DNA of 64,000 bases. Source: Candidatus Omnitrophota bacterium (lineage in GTDB: Bacteria; Omnitrophota; Gorgyraeia; Zapsychrales; Zapsychraceae). A program made the translations under genes and the position numbers. The DNA lies in contig JADFYE010000001.1 in assembly GCA_015233195.1 (NCBI GenBank), positions 3,235-67,234 of the forward strand, written 5' to 3'. The notes under the pieces are model-generated. The model was not told the DNA's origin and did no database searches. It was given only the letters and a program-made list of their open reading frames with translations. Shown here one piece after another: positions 52,260 through 62,640 of this stretch (position 1 is the first letter of the stretch; the number at the start of each line of letters is the position of its first letter).

Positions 52260-53060
52260 ATGGAGGATCATATGCTTTGGGAAGATCTTCAGCGGATTCG
52301 CAGCGAAGCGCCGCTCATACATAATATTACAAATTATGTGGTTATGAATACTACTGCTAACGCGCTTTTAGCAATTGGCGCGTCGCCGGTCATGGCTCAT
52401 GCTGTTGAGGAGGTAGAGGAAATGACTGGTTTAGCTCGCGCGCTGGTCATAAATATTGGTACTTTGAGCGCGCCATGGGTTAAGGCAATGATTAAAGCAG
52501 GCAAGGAAGCTCGGCGTAGAAAGATTCCAATTGTTTTGGATCCAGTTGGATGCGGGGCTACGAAATTTCGTACATATACTGCGCAAAAATTAATGCAAGA
52601 AATTCGTCCCACAATAATTCGCGGCAATGCGTCGGAGATTAGAGCTTTGCTGTGTTCGAGTTCCGGCACTAAGGGAGTGGATAGCAGCCATACGTCGGAT
52701 GAGGTTTTTGAGGAAGCTTGTGAACTTTCTAAGGCGGCGGGATGTGTGGTTTCGGTTAGCGGCGCGGTAGATATAATCGTTGATGGTGATACTGTAGCTA
52801 GAATTTCTAATGGGCATCCAATGATGGCTAAAGTAACTGGTATGGGCTGTACCGCCAGCGCTATCACGGGCGCGTTTGCCGCTGTGAACTCATCGTCTTT
52901 TAAAGCGGCTGCGTCTGCTATGGCACTTATGGGTATCGTCGGAGAAATAGCTGTAGAACGCTCAGCAGGACCAGGAAGTTTTCAATTGAATTTTCTTGAT
53001 ATTCTTTTTTCTATTCAGAAATCTGATATTGATCAGCGGATTAAAATGCAAGGTGTATAA
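52260..53060 (+). CDS. thiM: Hydroxyethylthiazole kinase
   Basis: 266 aa. PLIHNITNYVVMNTTANALLAIGASPVMAH, ALVINIGTL, VLDPVG and GMGCTASA blocks. Confidence 0.85.
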   Translation: MEDHMLWEDLQRIRSEAPLIHNITNYVVMNTTANALLAIGASPVMAHAVEEVEEMTGLARALVINIGTLSAPWVKAMIKAGKEARRRKIPIVLDPVGCGATKFRTYTAQKLMQEIRPTIIRGNASEIRALLCSSSGTKGVDSSHTSDEVFEEACELSKAAGCVVSVSGAVDIIVDGDTVARISNGHPMMAKVTGMGCTASAITGAFAAVNSSSFKAAASAMALMGIVGEIAVERSAGPGSFQLNFLDILFSIQKSDIDQRIKMQGV

Positions 53061-53098
53061 ATAGCAGCTTTCTAAAATTAATAATATCATTTACTTCT

Positions 53099-54583
53099 AT
53101 GATTTTTAATTCACTCTCATTTCTTATTTTCTTTCCGATTGTTACTATAGGATATTTTTTATTGCCGTATCATTGGCGCTGGTTATGGCTGTTGTTGTCT
53201 AGTTGTATGTTTTATATGGCATTGATTCCGGTTTATATTTTGATACTTTTTTTACTTATTGTCATTGATTATACGATGGCGATATTAATAGAAAATGCTT
53301 CGGGGAGGAAGCGTAAATTTTATTTGGTCTTGAGCTTATTAGCGACTTGCATAGTTTTATTTTTTTTTAAATATTATGCTTTTGTTAATGTAAATTTAGA
53401 AAAAGTAGCGCAGTTGTTACATTGGAATTATGCTTTACCCGTATTAAATTTAATTTTACCTATCGGTCTTTCTTTTCACACTTTTCAGAGTTTGAGTTAT
53501 GTAATTGAAGTTTATAGAGGTAAATATAAAGCTGAACGCCATTTTGGTATTTATGCTTTGTATGTAATGTTTTTTCCGCAATTGGTAGCTGGTCCGATCG
53601 AAAGACCTAAAAATCTTTTACCACAGTTTTTTGAACAGCATAATTTTGATTATGACCGTGTTACCGGTGGGTTAAAGTTAATATTGTGGGGGTTGTTTCA
53701 AAAAGTGGTGATAGCAGACCGTTTATCTTTGGTGGTTAATCGGATATATGATAATCTTCCAAATTACCAAGGACCAGCATTAGTTATTGCTACTATATTT
53801 TTTGCTTTTCAGATTTATTGTGATTTTGCCGGTTACTCGGATATCGCAATCGGCTCAGCGCAAGTGTTGGGATTCCGATTGATGCAAAATTTTAGACGAC
53901 CGTATTTGGCGGTTTCTATTAGTGATTTTTGGCAAAGGTGGCATATTTCTTTATCGACGTGGTTTAGGGATTATGTTTATATTCCTCTTGGGGGAAATCG
54001 TGTATCTAAAGTACAGTGGTTTTTTAATATCTTGATAACTTTTGTGTTAAGCGGCTTATGGCATGGGGCGAATTGGACGTTTTTAGCTTGGGGAGGATTG
54101 CACGGGGCATATTATGTAGTTTCGCAATGGGCGCAGGTATTGAGAGATAAGATCACAAAGGTTTGGGGATGGAAAGAACATTCGGGGATTGAAAATTTTA
54201 TATCTGTGGTTATAACTTTTATTTTAGTTTGTTTTGCGTGGGTGTTCTTCCGGTCTCAAAACATTGAAAATGCCAGTTATGTTTTTTCACATTTATTTTT
54301 GGGTTGGAATAAATTATCGCTTGTCAGTTTAGGAGGAATTGTAGGAGTACCTCAGGTCGAATTTATTTATGATATTTGTCTTATTGTTTTATTGATGGGA
54401 TTACATATATTTCAAGAGAAGATGTGTTCCTCAGATATTTCAAAAGGAGAGTTAGCGGTTTTACAATCTTTGTGGGCAAAGTTGCCGGGTTATGTTCGTT
54501 GGATTTTTTATGTTGTGGGAATTTGGATGGTTATGAATTGGGGCGTAGTTGCAGACATTCCTTTTATTTATTTTCAATTTTAA
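53099..54583 (+). CDS. MBOAT-family membrane O-acyltransferase (AlgI/PatA/DltB-like)
   Basis: 494 aa, polytopic. FWQRWHISLSTWFRDYVYIPLGGNR and LSGLWHGANW (conserved MBOAT His). Confidence 0.85.
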   Translation: MIFNSLSFLIFFPIVTIGYFLLPYHWRWLWLLLSSCMFYMALIPVYILILFLLIVIDYTMAILIENASGRKRKFYLVLSLLATCIVLFFFKYYAFVNVNLEKVAQLLHWNYALPVLNLILPIGLSFHTFQSLSYVIEVYRGKYKAERHFGIYALYVMFFPQLVAGPIERPKNLLPQFFEQHNFDYDRVTGGLKLILWGLFQKVVIADRLSLVVNRIYDNLPNYQGPALVIATIFFAFQIYCDFAGYSDIAIGSAQVLGFRLMQNFRRPYLAVSISDFWQRWHISLSTWFRDYVYIPLGGNRVSKVQWFFNILITFVLSGLWHGANWTFLAWGGLHGAYYVVSQWAQVLRDKITKVWGWKEHSGIENFISVVITFILVCFAWVFFRSQNIENASYVFSHLFLGWNKLSLVSLGGIVGVPQVEFIYDICLIVLLMGLHIFQEKMCSSDISKGELAVLQSLWAKLPGYVRWIFYVVGIWMVMNWGVVADIPFIYFQF

Positions 54584-54585
54584 TT

Positions 54586-55584
54586 ATGACGCATATGAAA
54601 AAGTTTTTCTTTAAATCGATTTTATTGGTTGTTTTAGTTTTTATTGTCCAGAGTCTCTGTCCTGGAGAGGTCGTTATTCCGAATGAGATTACTCGGTTAG
54701 ATAGTTTAATGCAATATGGGGCGGATATTATTTATTTTGGAGATAGTACAACTGAATCTTTTACAGCTGAGGATGCTAATAAAGCTTCAATTGGCGCGCT
54801 TTTGCAAATGTTAATTCCCCAGGCACAGATTGCGAAAATCACACACCCTTCTTATCAAATGGATGTTTACGCTGCATATGGGCGCTATATTTTGCGTAAA
54901 GGATATCACCCGAAATTTGTTATCATTCCTATTAACTTGCGGTCTTTCTCTCCGGTTTGGGATATAAACCCTTCTTATCAATTTGATAAGGAAAAGATTG
55001 TTCTGGATGTTAAAGATACATTTGTGATGCGTTATTTAAAACCATTGGCAGTTTTTAAAATTTTTGAACCGAACTGTTCACAATTTTCTTATCAATATAC
55101 TCGGGTTTTCGAAGGGAAAAAATATTTGGGTTTAGTCAAAGATCTTTTTACTCCACCTTCTTCTGTTTCACCGGAAGATGTTACCCTGCGGTATTTGCAA
55201 CTTTGTTACTCATATTCTTTAAATTATCAACATCGTAAAGTTCGATCTTTGCTGCAATTGGTCCGGACACTAAAAACAGCTGGAATCAAACCGATTTTTT
55301 ATATAGCGCCATTAGACTATATAACTGTTGAAAAGTATCTGGGATCAAAATTTCGGGAAAGGCATATAGAAAATGTGCAACTATTGCATTCTCTTTTAGC
55401 GCAGGAAGGGGTGCCGTTATTAGATCTCTCTAATTCATTAGATCCGGAATTTTTTATTTGGTCTACAGTTAGTACAGAAAAGGGACATCCTTCCGAACAC
55501 TTGTTTCTTAAGGGACGGATGTTTGTAGCAATGAGCTTGGCTAAAAAAACCAGTATGAACACATTTTTTAATCTTGGTTTATAA
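54586..55584 (+). CDS. SGNH/GDSL-like protein, probable partner of the MBOAT enzyme
   Basis: ATG at 54586, directly after the MBOAT stop. Signal/anchor sequence, then IIYFGDSTTESF (block I GDS) and C-terminal EKGHPSEH. The ORF-track start at 54376 overlaps the MBOAT gene and was rejected. Confidence 0.5.
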   Translation: MTHMKKFFFKSILLVVLVFIVQSLCPGEVVIPNEITRLDSLMQYGADIIYFGDSTTESFTAEDANKASIGALLQMLIPQAQIAKITHPSYQMDVYAAYGRYILRKGYHPKFVIIPINLRSFSPVWDINPSYQFDKEKIVLDVKDTFVMRYLKPLAVFKIFEPNCSQFSYQYTRVFEGKKYLGLVKDLFTPPSSVSPEDVTLRYLQLCYSYSLNYQHRKVRSLLQLVRTLKTAGIKPIFYIAPLDYITVEKYLGSKFRERHIENVQLLHSLLAQEGVPLLDLSNSLDPEFFIWSTVSTEKGHPSEHLFLKGRMFVAMSLAKKTSMNTFFNLGL

Positions 55585-55591
55585 TTTAAAT

Positions 55592-56326
55592 ATGAAAAAA
55601 TATTTTTTAATGGGAAATAAAATTTTTTATTGCGTTGTCTGTACGGTTTTTTTATTATTTTTTTCTCTTACTAATTCTTCCGGTAATTCTAAGAAGATAA
55701 ATGTTTTATTTATTGGTAATAGCCTTACTTCTATAAATGATTTGCCAGGGATGATTGCTCAACTTGCTAAATCCCGGAATTTTGAAATGAAATATGAAAT
55801 GTATGCGCCTGGAGGATATACGTTTGCTCAACACTCAGCTGATCCGGTATTGCTTGGAAAAATTAAAAGAGGAGATTGGGATTTTGTAGTGTTGCAGGAG
55901 CAAAGTCAGATGCCTGCGATTGAGAATCAAATGGTGTTGGAAGCACAAGTATACGCATATGCAAAAAAATTAAATCAAATGGTTAAAGCTGCAAACTTTA
56001 ATGCCAAAGTAGTTTTTTATATGGCTATGGCAAATAAAAATGCTAATCAGGAAAGGGTCAATTCCAGTTATACGCATATGGCTCAACAAAATAGTGCTAT
56101 GCTTGCGCCGGTCGGTATTGTCTGGAAAAAGGTCAGGTCAGAAAAACCCGAATTGAATTTATATTTGGATGACCGGCACCCTAGTATCATTGGTACATAT
56201 TTAACCGCGTGCGTATTTTATGCTACGCTTTTCAAAGATAGTCCTGTTGGTCTGCAGCATTCTGAATATATAGATGATAAAACTGCTGTTTATTTACAAA
56301 AGACAATAGAACAGTGTTTAAAATGA
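55592..56326 (+). CDS. SGNH-hydrolase-like protein (second copy)
   Basis: ATG at 55592. Signal peptide, VLFIGNSLT (block I variant) and DDRHPS (DxxH block V). Confidence 0.55.
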   Translation: MKKYFLMGNKIFYCVVCTVFLLFFSLTNSSGNSKKINVLFIGNSLTSINDLPGMIAQLAKSRNFEMKYEMYAPGGYTFAQHSADPVLLGKIKRGDWDFVVLQEQSQMPAIENQMVLEAQVYAYAKKLNQMVKAANFNAKVVFYMAMANKNANQERVNSSYTHMAQQNSAMLAPVGIVWKKVRSEKPELNLYLDDRHPSIIGTYLTACVFYATLFKDSPVGLQHSEYIDDKTAVYLQKTIEQCLK

Positions 56327-56420
56327 GGTGAAAATTAATTGTTAGTTTTTAATGGCTAGTAGTGGTAGAATTAAACAAATAAATTACTTTTGTATTTTTA
56401 TTTTTAATCAAGGAGGATGT

Positions 56421-56807
56421 ATGAGAAGGGGACAAAAAGGTTTTACGCTGGTTGAAATTATGATCGTTGTAGCGATCATTGCTTTGTTAGCTGCTATTGC
56501 CATACCTAACTTGTTACGCGCAAAAGTATCTGCTAACGAAGCATTGGCACAAAGTACTTTAAAAACATTATCGACATCTATTGAAACCTATTCAACTGCT
56601 AACAATGGGACATATCCTACTTCTTCAGCAATGTTAACTGGAGCTACTCCTCCATATTTGAATACGGATTATTGTACTGGTAATTATTCTGGTTATTCTT
56701 ATGCTTGCGGTATGGGAACAGGAACATATGCAATTGTTGCTACTCCAAATTCAGCGAGTACAGGTACCAGATCATTTACAATTACAACCGGCGGTATTTT
56801 ACAATAA
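56421..56807 (+). CDS. Type IV pilin / pseudopilin (orphan)
   Basis: ATG at 56421 (AGGAGG SD). MRRGQKG/FTLVEIMIVVAIIALLAAIAIPNLLRAK prepilin N-terminus. 128 aa, with a C-terminal Cys pair (CTGNYSGYSYAC). Confidence 0.8.
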   Translation: MRRGQKGFTLVEIMIVVAIIALLAAIAIPNLLRAKVSANEALAQSTLKTLSTSIETYSTANNGTYPTSSAMLTGATPPYLNTDYCTGNYSGYSYACGMGTGTYAIVATPNSASTGTRSFTITTGGILQ

Positions 56808-56897
56808 TTTGATTGTAAAGTTATTTTTGTAGTTTTAAAGGGGCAGGCGTGATTTATTGATCATGTCTGTCCCTTTTCTATAAGAAAGAAGAATATA

Positions 56898-58283
56898 GTG
56901 ATAGAAAAAACTAAAGATTTTAAAAGTGTGGGTTTGAGTAAAGAGATCCTTGATAACTTAAAATTTTTAGGTTATTTAGAAATGACACCTATTCAGGAAA
57001 AAGGTTTACCGTTTATTTTAAGCAATCGGGATTTTATCGGGCAGGCTAATACCGGCAGTGGTAAAACCGCAGCGTTCGCGTTAGGTATTTTAAATAAATT
57101 AGATGTGACTAATCAAAACCCGCAGGCTTTAGTTTTGGTTCCCACCAGGGAATTGGCTAAACAGGTGACGAATGAAATCCGTAGGTTAGCGCGATTTACT
57201 AGTAATATTAAAGTGCTTACTATATCGGGTGGATCAGAAGAACGTCATGATGTTAAGTCGCTAAAACAAGGCGCACACATTATCGTTGGCACTTCTGGTC
57301 GTATTACTAAATTACTTCAAACCGGCGCGCTTATTCTTTCTGCAGTTAAGGTTTTAGTATTGGATGAAGCAGACCGTTTGCTGGAGGTTGGCAGTCTTGC
57401 GGAAATAAAACACATTGCTTCTTTTACACCTAAGAAGCGTCAGACTATGCTGTTCTCGGCGACGTTTCCAAATGGAATTAAATCATTAAGCTCCAGTCTT
57501 ATGGAAGAAGATGCAGCCCAGGTTACAATTGATTCACAGCATCGTAACACCACTACTAAACAATTATTTTTTAAAGTTGAAGGGGAAAAGAATGATGTTT
57601 TATTGCGCTTATTAGGTCATTACCGTCCAGAGTCCGCGCTTATATTTTGTAATACTCGAGAAATTTGTAATAAAGTAGCAGCGTTGCTGCGGTCAAATAA
57701 AATGGATGCTTTACAGTTACATTCTGATTTTGAACAGCAGGAGAGGACTTTAATCTTGATTAAGTTTGAAAATAAAAGCTGTCGGTTTTTAGTAGCTACT
57801 GATTTGGCGTCGCGTGGGCTGGATGTGAAAGATGTGGGCGCAGTTATTAATTATGATTTGCCTAATGACCCTGAGCTTTATGTTCATCGTATTGGTCGTA
57901 CTGGACGGGCAGGGCAGGAAGGGTTAGCGCTTAGTTTATACATTAATAAAGAATTTGAAATTTTGAAATTGATTGGTGAATATTTGACTGTTGATTGTTT
58001 GACTATGGAAATAAACCAATTGGAAAAATTTAAACCAGTTATTTTACGTCCATCCATGTCTACCATTTATATCAGCGGAGGCAGGAAAGACAATATACGC
58101 CCCGGAGATATTTTAGGCGCTTTGACTAAAGATGCAGGACTTAAAGGGGACGAGGTTGGCAAAATAAATATTTTAGAAGTTAATAGTTATGCGGCTATTG
58201 TTAATGATAAAGTTGAGCACGCGATTGAACGTTTGAGTGCGGGTAAGATCAAAGGTAAAAAATTTAAAGTAGGAAAAGCTTGA
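56898..58283 (+). CDS. dbpA: DEAD-box ATP-dependent RNA helicase with DbpA-type C-terminal RNA-binding domain
   Basis: 461 aa. Q-motif, NTGSGKT, DEAD (VLDEADRLL), SAT, HRIGRTGRAG, and the C-terminal domain IYISGGRKDNIRPGDILGAL. GTG start. Confidence 0.75.
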   Translation: MIEKTKDFKSVGLSKEILDNLKFLGYLEMTPIQEKGLPFILSNRDFIGQANTGSGKTAAFALGILNKLDVTNQNPQALVLVPTRELAKQVTNEIRRLARFTSNIKVLTISGGSEERHDVKSLKQGAHIIVGTSGRITKLLQTGALILSAVKVLVLDEADRLLEVGSLAEIKHIASFTPKKRQTMLFSATFPNGIKSLSSSLMEEDAAQVTIDSQHRNTTTKQLFFKVEGEKNDVLLRLLGHYRPESALIFCNTREICNKVAALLRSNKMDALQLHSDFEQQERTLILIKFENKSCRFLVATDLASRGLDVKDVGAVINYDLPNDPELYVHRIGRTGRAGQEGLALSLYINKEFEILKLIGEYLTVDCLTMEINQLEKFKPVILRPSMSTIYISGGRKDNIRPGDILGALTKDAGLKGDEVGKINILEVNSYAAIVNDKVEHAIERLSAGKIKGKKFKVGKA

Positions 58284-58298
58284 GGATTTTATGATATC

Positions 58299-59276
58299 AT
58301 GTCCGTCATGAAAAATAATTTAGATGAACAGCAATCAATCAGCTATCATGCGGAAATTTTAGCGAATCGGGTTAGCAAGCGGTTTGCTCATTTATCAAAA
58401 AAATTTTCCCGTCAAAATATTGAATGTTTCCGTTTATATGATTGGGATATACCTGAGGTGCGCGCGGTAGTTGATTGGTATGCTGGGCATGTGGTAGTCG
58501 GAGAATACGTGCATAAACAATCTTTACCGGATTGGCTTCCACAAATGGCAGAGGCGGTAGGTAATGCGTTGAAAGTTCCATTAGAGCTGGTGCATATTAA
58601 ACGCAGGCAGACAAAAGTTGAAGAGGGTTTGCGGTATAGTAAAATGGGTTCGCAGAATGAAAGGTTAGAAGTAAAAGAAAATGACCTAAAGTTTTGGGTT
58701 AATCTCGACGATTTTTTGGACACAGGCTTGTTTTCTGATCATAGAGATACCAGATCAATGATCCGTAAATTAGCAGCTGGCAAAGATTTTTTAAATTTAT
58801 ATGGATATACCGGGACGTTTTCTTGTGCGGCAGCTCTGGGCGGCTGCCAAAGCACAGTTACAGTAGATAGGTCAGCCACTTATTTAAAATGGGCAGAAGA
58901 TAATTTTAAATTGAATGGTATAACGACTGACTCAAAACATATTTTTGAGCGGTTTGACGTTGAAAAATACTTGATACACGCAGCTAGAGAAAAATATAAA
59001 TTTACGTTGGCTTTTGTTGATCCTCCATCCTTTTTTAAAGACCATGAACAAGAACGTTCCTTTGATGTTGACCGGGATCATCCACAATTGTTGCAACAAG
59101 TATTAAAAGTAATGGTGCCGGATTCTTTTGTATTTTTCTCGACCAATCATCAGCGTTTCACACCAAAGTTTGACGGATTAAAAGTGCAGGGTTTGACTGA
59201 AATAACTGCTAAAACCATTCCTGAAGATTATAGGAATAAACAAATACACCGTTGTTGGAAAATGATTGCAATATAA
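58299..59276 (+). CDS. Class I SAM-dependent RNA methyltransferase (RlmK/RlmI-like)
   Basis: 325 aa. [22 protein letters not shown] and AFVDPPSF (DPP motif), as in 23S rRNA methyltransferases of the RlmK/L/I group. Confidence 0.6.
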   Translation: MSVMKNNLDEQQSISYHAEILANRVSKRFAHLSKKFSRQNIECFRLYDWDIPEVRAVVDWYAGHVVVGEYVHKQSLPDWLPQMAEAVGNALKVPLELVHIKRRQTKVEEGLRYSKMGSQNERLEVKENDLKFWVNLDDFLDTGLFSDHRDTRSMIRKLAAGKDFLNLYGYTGTFSCAAALGGCQSTVTVDRSATYLKWAEDNFKLNGITTDSKHIFERFDVEKYLIHAAREKYKFTLAFVDPPSFFKDHEQERSFDVDRDHPQLLQQVLKVMVPDSFVFFSTNHQRFTPKFDGLKVQGLTEITAKTIPEDYRNKQIHRCWKMIAI

Positions 59277-59281
59277 AAAAT

Positions 59282-60814
59282 ATGAATAAAATTAATTCTA
59301 AAATATTACCTGAAAAAATCGAAGAGTGTGTTTCGTTATTGGAAACGCTTATAAATGATCCTGATCAAATGGCGCATTTGCCGGATGAGAAGCGAATAGC
59401 TTTACTTAAAGCTGCAGGAGCATTTTCCCGTCCAGAAAAACATGAATTTATTAAACGCAAAAAACAGCTTAAAAGTATAACCCGTAGGATAAAAGTTCAT
59501 AAAGAGCGGGAAGCACGTAAAAATACTGGAATTCGCGCGGCGCGCGAAGCTGCGGTGTTTGTTGCTCCAAAACAAATTGCGCACCAAAGTGCGGATAATA
59601 CTGCAGAATTAAATTCACCCCGCAACTGTTATGTGTGCAAAGCTGAATATACTAAACTTCATTCATTTTATGATTCAATGTGTCCGGCTTGCGCGGAGTT
59701 TAATTATCAAAAGCGTTTTCAAACTGCAGATCTGGCTGGGCAAGTTGCTTTGATTACAGGTTCTCGCCTTAAGATTGGTTATCAGGCGGTTTTGATGATG
59801 CTGCGTGCTGGTGCTACAGTTATAGCCACGACCAGATTTCCAATTGATTCTGCGTTACGCTATTCTAAAGAAGAAGATTTTACAAAATGGAAAGACCGTT
59901 TGCATATTTATGGTTTAGATTTGCGGCATACTCCCAGCGTCGAAATATTCTGCAGTTATATTGAACAAAAATATAGCCGGCTGGATATTCTGATAAATAA
60001 CGCGGCGCAGACAGTTCGTCGTCCTCCGGGATTTTACGCACATTTAATGCCTAATGAGAATTTAAATTTTAGTGATTTACCACGGGGTGCTGCAGAACTG
60101 TTACGTCCGTTTGAAGAATGTAAAAAACAATTAATGAAGGTTGTTTCAGTTTCAGCTCAAGACGTGAACTTGCCGATTACTTGGACGGGAAAAACGCCTG
60201 GGGTTGGCTTACGCGCGTCAGCGCAGTTATCGCAGATACCATATACTTATGATAATGCTCTGGCTGTTGACGAGGTTTTTCCAAAAGGAAAATTAGACGC
60301 GGATTTACAACAAGTAGATTTACGTACCAATAATAGCTGGCGTTTACGTTTAGGTGAAGTTCCAACGTCGGAAATGTTAGAGATTCAGTTGGTTAATGCA
60401 ATAGCTCCATTTGTTTTATGCAATCGTTTATCGACTATGATGAAAAGAGATAACACTGGCAAGAAACACATTGTTAATGTTTCTGCTATGGAGGGAAAAT
60501 TTCTGCGGTTTAAAAAATCTGACCGGCATCCGCATACTAATATGGCAAAAGCTGCTCTGAATATGTTGACCCACACTTCGGCGAGTGATCTGGCTAAGTA
60601 TGGGATTTTTATGAACGCGGTTGATACTGGCTGGGTAACAGATGAAGACCCTGCAATGCTGTCTGCTCGTAAACAAGAGGAACATGATTTTCAGCCTCCG
60701 TTGGATATAGTGGATGGTGCAGCGCGCGTATGCGATCCTTTTTTTCATGGGATATTAACTGGCAGCCATTGGTGCGGAAAATTTTTAAAAGATTATTATC
60801 CGATTGATTGGTAA
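59282..60814 (+). CDS. SDR-family oxidoreductase with ~165-aa N-terminal extension containing a 4-Cys zinc-ribbon-like motif
   Basis: ATG at 59282. [22 protein letters not shown], then [12 protein letters not shown] (TGxxxxxG), NNAA and the Y/K region HTNMAKAAL. Confidence 0.6.
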   Translation: MNKINSKILPEKIEECVSLLETLINDPDQMAHLPDEKRIALLKAAGAFSRPEKHEFIKRKKQLKSITRRIKVHKEREARKNTGIRAAREAAVFVAPKQIAHQSADNTAELNSPRNCYVCKAEYTKLHSFYDSMCPACAEFNYQKRFQTADLAGQVALITGSRLKIGYQAVLMMLRAGATVIATTRFPIDSALRYSKEEDFTKWKDRLHIYGLDLRHTPSVEIFCSYIEQKYSRLDILINNAAQTVRRPPGFYAHLMPNENLNFSDLPRGAAELLRPFEECKKQLMKVVSVSAQDVNLPITWTGKTPGVGLRASAQLSQIPYTYDNALAVDEVFPKGKLDADLQQVDLRTNNSWRLRLGEVPTSEMLEIQLVNAIAPFVLCNRLSTMMKRDNTGKKHIVNVSAMEGKFLRFKKSDRHPHTNMAKAALNMLTHTSASDLAKYGIFMNAVDTGWVTDEDPAMLSARKQEEHDFQPPLDIVDGAARVCDPFFHGILTGSHWCGKFLKDYYPIDW

Positions 60815-60885
60815 AAACCATAAATAAACGCTATGGTTAAATATTTGTTTGAAGTAAAATAGACCAAAATGAAGGAGAAAATGTT

Positions 60886-61755
60886 ATGGATCTTGAATTA
60901 AAATCCAAAATTTTATTAGCTCAGAAAAATGAGATCACCGAGCATTTGGTGTATAAAAAATTAGCCGTTATAGTTAATAAAAAAGAACATGCTGCTATTT
61001 TGGAAAAAATATCGAAAGAAGAGCTCGAACATTATAATATATTTAAAGGACTGACCGGCGACGAGGTGGGTCCGGATAATTTTAAAGTTAATTTTTATGT
61101 GTTTATGGCTAAAATGTGCGGATTGAATTTTGTTTTGAGGTTTATGGAGAACCAAGAATCTGGCGCGGAAAAATTTTATGGGCAGTTGAGCGGTGTTTTA
61201 GCGCCTACTTTAGGTAAAATAATTGCTGATGAAAAGAAACATGAAGAGGGGCTGCTTGATCTTATTGATGAGGATAGTTTAAAGTATGTGAGCTCGGTGA
61301 TTTTAGGTTTAAACGACGCTATCGTTGAGCTTACGGCGATGTTGGCAGGTTTTACTTTAGCACTTAACAGTACCCGTTTGATCGGCATGGTCAGTTTAAT
61401 CACTGGCGTAGCTGCAGCAATGTCTATGGCAGCATCTGAATATTTATCGACTAAAGGCGAAGCAAATGAGAAAGACCCGATCAAAGCCAGTATTTATACT
61501 GGAGTGTCATATCTAGGTACAGTGGTGGCGTTAGTCTTGCCGTATCTTTTTTTACAAAATGTTTTTGTTTGTTTGGGTATAGCGCTTAGTATAGCATTGT
61601 TTGAAATATGGTTTTTTACGTTCTATATTTCAGTAGCTCAAAAATTAGATTTTAAAAAACGTTTTATTGAAATGGCAGTTTTGAGTCTAAGCATTGCTGC
61701 GATCACATTTATACTAGGGATTATAATTAAAAAAATGTTTGGAATTGATATTTAA
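60886..61755 (+). CDS. Ferritin-like/rubrerythrin domain fused to VIT1/CCC1 iron transporter domain
   Basis: 289 aa. N-terminal EITEHLVY...EELEHY...DEKKHE (ferritin-like ExxH pairs) and C-terminal GLNDAIVELTAMLAGF...ASEYLS (VIT1). Confidence 0.7.
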   Translation: MDLELKSKILLAQKNEITEHLVYKKLAVIVNKKEHAAILEKISKEELEHYNIFKGLTGDEVGPDNFKVNFYVFMAKMCGLNFVLRFMENQESGAEKFYGQLSGVLAPTLGKIIADEKKHEEGLLDLIDEDSLKYVSSVILGLNDAIVELTAMLAGFTLALNSTRLIGMVSLITGVAAAMSMAASEYLSTKGEANEKDPIKASIYTGVSYLGTVVALVLPYLFLQNVFVCLGIALSIALFEIWFFTFYISVAQKLDFKKRFIEMAVLSLSIAAITFILGIIIKKMFGIDI

Positions 61756-61777
61756 TAATTTAAGTTATTTAGGAAAC

Positions 61778-62623
61778 ATGAAAAAAACATTATTCAATCT
61801 TTTTATAATTGCTGGTCTTATATTTTTTAAAAGCCAAATAGGTTTTGCCGCAGCGTCCGAACCTCCTTATTATGCTGAAATAATGAATAGCATGCGAAAT
61901 TTGGAATATTCAGGGTTTCCAGCATTGATAAAGCCGGAAGTTTCGCTAAGTTTGAATTTTAAAGAACGTACGTGGACGGTACATAATATTCATAAGTTTG
62001 GTGAAGATGGGTTATTGATGCTTGAAGGCGGTCGCTATGGGTTGTGTTCAGAGTTAGCAGCATATGTATATACAAAATTAAAAACCATATTAAACGGTCC
62101 ATATATTGTTAATTATGTGATGGTAAAAGAACCAGGTTTTTTTATGGTCGATGAATCCGCGCATATGATATTGTCTTTGTTTAAACAGGATACTATGGAG
62201 GCGTTTTATATAGATCCAAGTTTTCATAAGTATGGACGGCGGGCGGATTTTGAAGGATATTTATTTTTAGATGCACAGCCGAGACTATCTTTTATTGAAA
62301 ATAAAATAACTGATATATCTTTTAAAGTAGATCAAGCCATGCCCATCTTTTTAAAAAATGATATTGTAATATCATTTTCGGTCGCTTCGGTAGATGGTTT
62401 GTTTGATTCAGATAATTTTTTGTTGACTTTGACCAGAACAGTTAAAAATGCGAAAGTAGGTCAAGATATAATGGTAGTTGGTAAATATCGAGGAAAGTTT
62501 CAAGCTTGGGATGAGCATGCTTTGGTTGGCGCACTGTTGCAGCCTGAAGAGATCCGGGCAATTTATAATAAGTTATTGTTTTTTGTTGAACAAGTAGATC
62601 CGTCTATAAATTACAAAATATAG
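61778..62623 (+). CDS. Secreted hypothetical protein
   Basis: ATG at 61778 gives MKKTLFNLFIIAGLIFFKSQIGFAA, a signal peptide. No recognised motif. Confidence 0.4.
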   Translation: MKKTLFNLFIIAGLIFFKSQIGFAAASEPPYYAEIMNSMRNLEYSGFPALIKPEVSLSLNFKERTWTVHNIHKFGEDGLLMLEGGRYGLCSELAAYVYTKLKTILNGPYIVNYVMVKEPGFFMVDESAHMILSLFKQDTMEAFYIDPSFHKYGRRADFEGYLFLDAQPRLSFIENKITDISFKVDQAMPIFLKNDIVISFSVASVDGLFDSDNFLLTLTRTVKNAKVGQDIMVVGKYRGKFQAWDEHALVGALLQPEEIRAIYNKLLFFVEQVDPSINYKI

Positions 62624-62640
62624 AATGGGGAAGTCTATAA

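Noticed and set aside
52397-52867. 156-aa ORF antisense to thiM, and the many other 60-106-aa minus-strand ORFs in the track (e.g. 758-988, 1197-1457, 6148-6468, 14001-14285, 17089-17403, 43744-44043, 45427-45795, 60428-60748).
   Set aside because: Each lies entirely inside a well-supported gene on the other strand. They have no SD or motif content and show low-complexity or odd composition. They are treated as shadow ORFs.
54376-54585. Long N-terminal extension of the 54376 ORF overlapping the MBOAT gene by about 200 nt.
   Set aside because: The extension is just an open alternative frame inside the MBOAT gene. A signal-anchor N-terminus starts at ATG 54586, right after the MBOAT stop.
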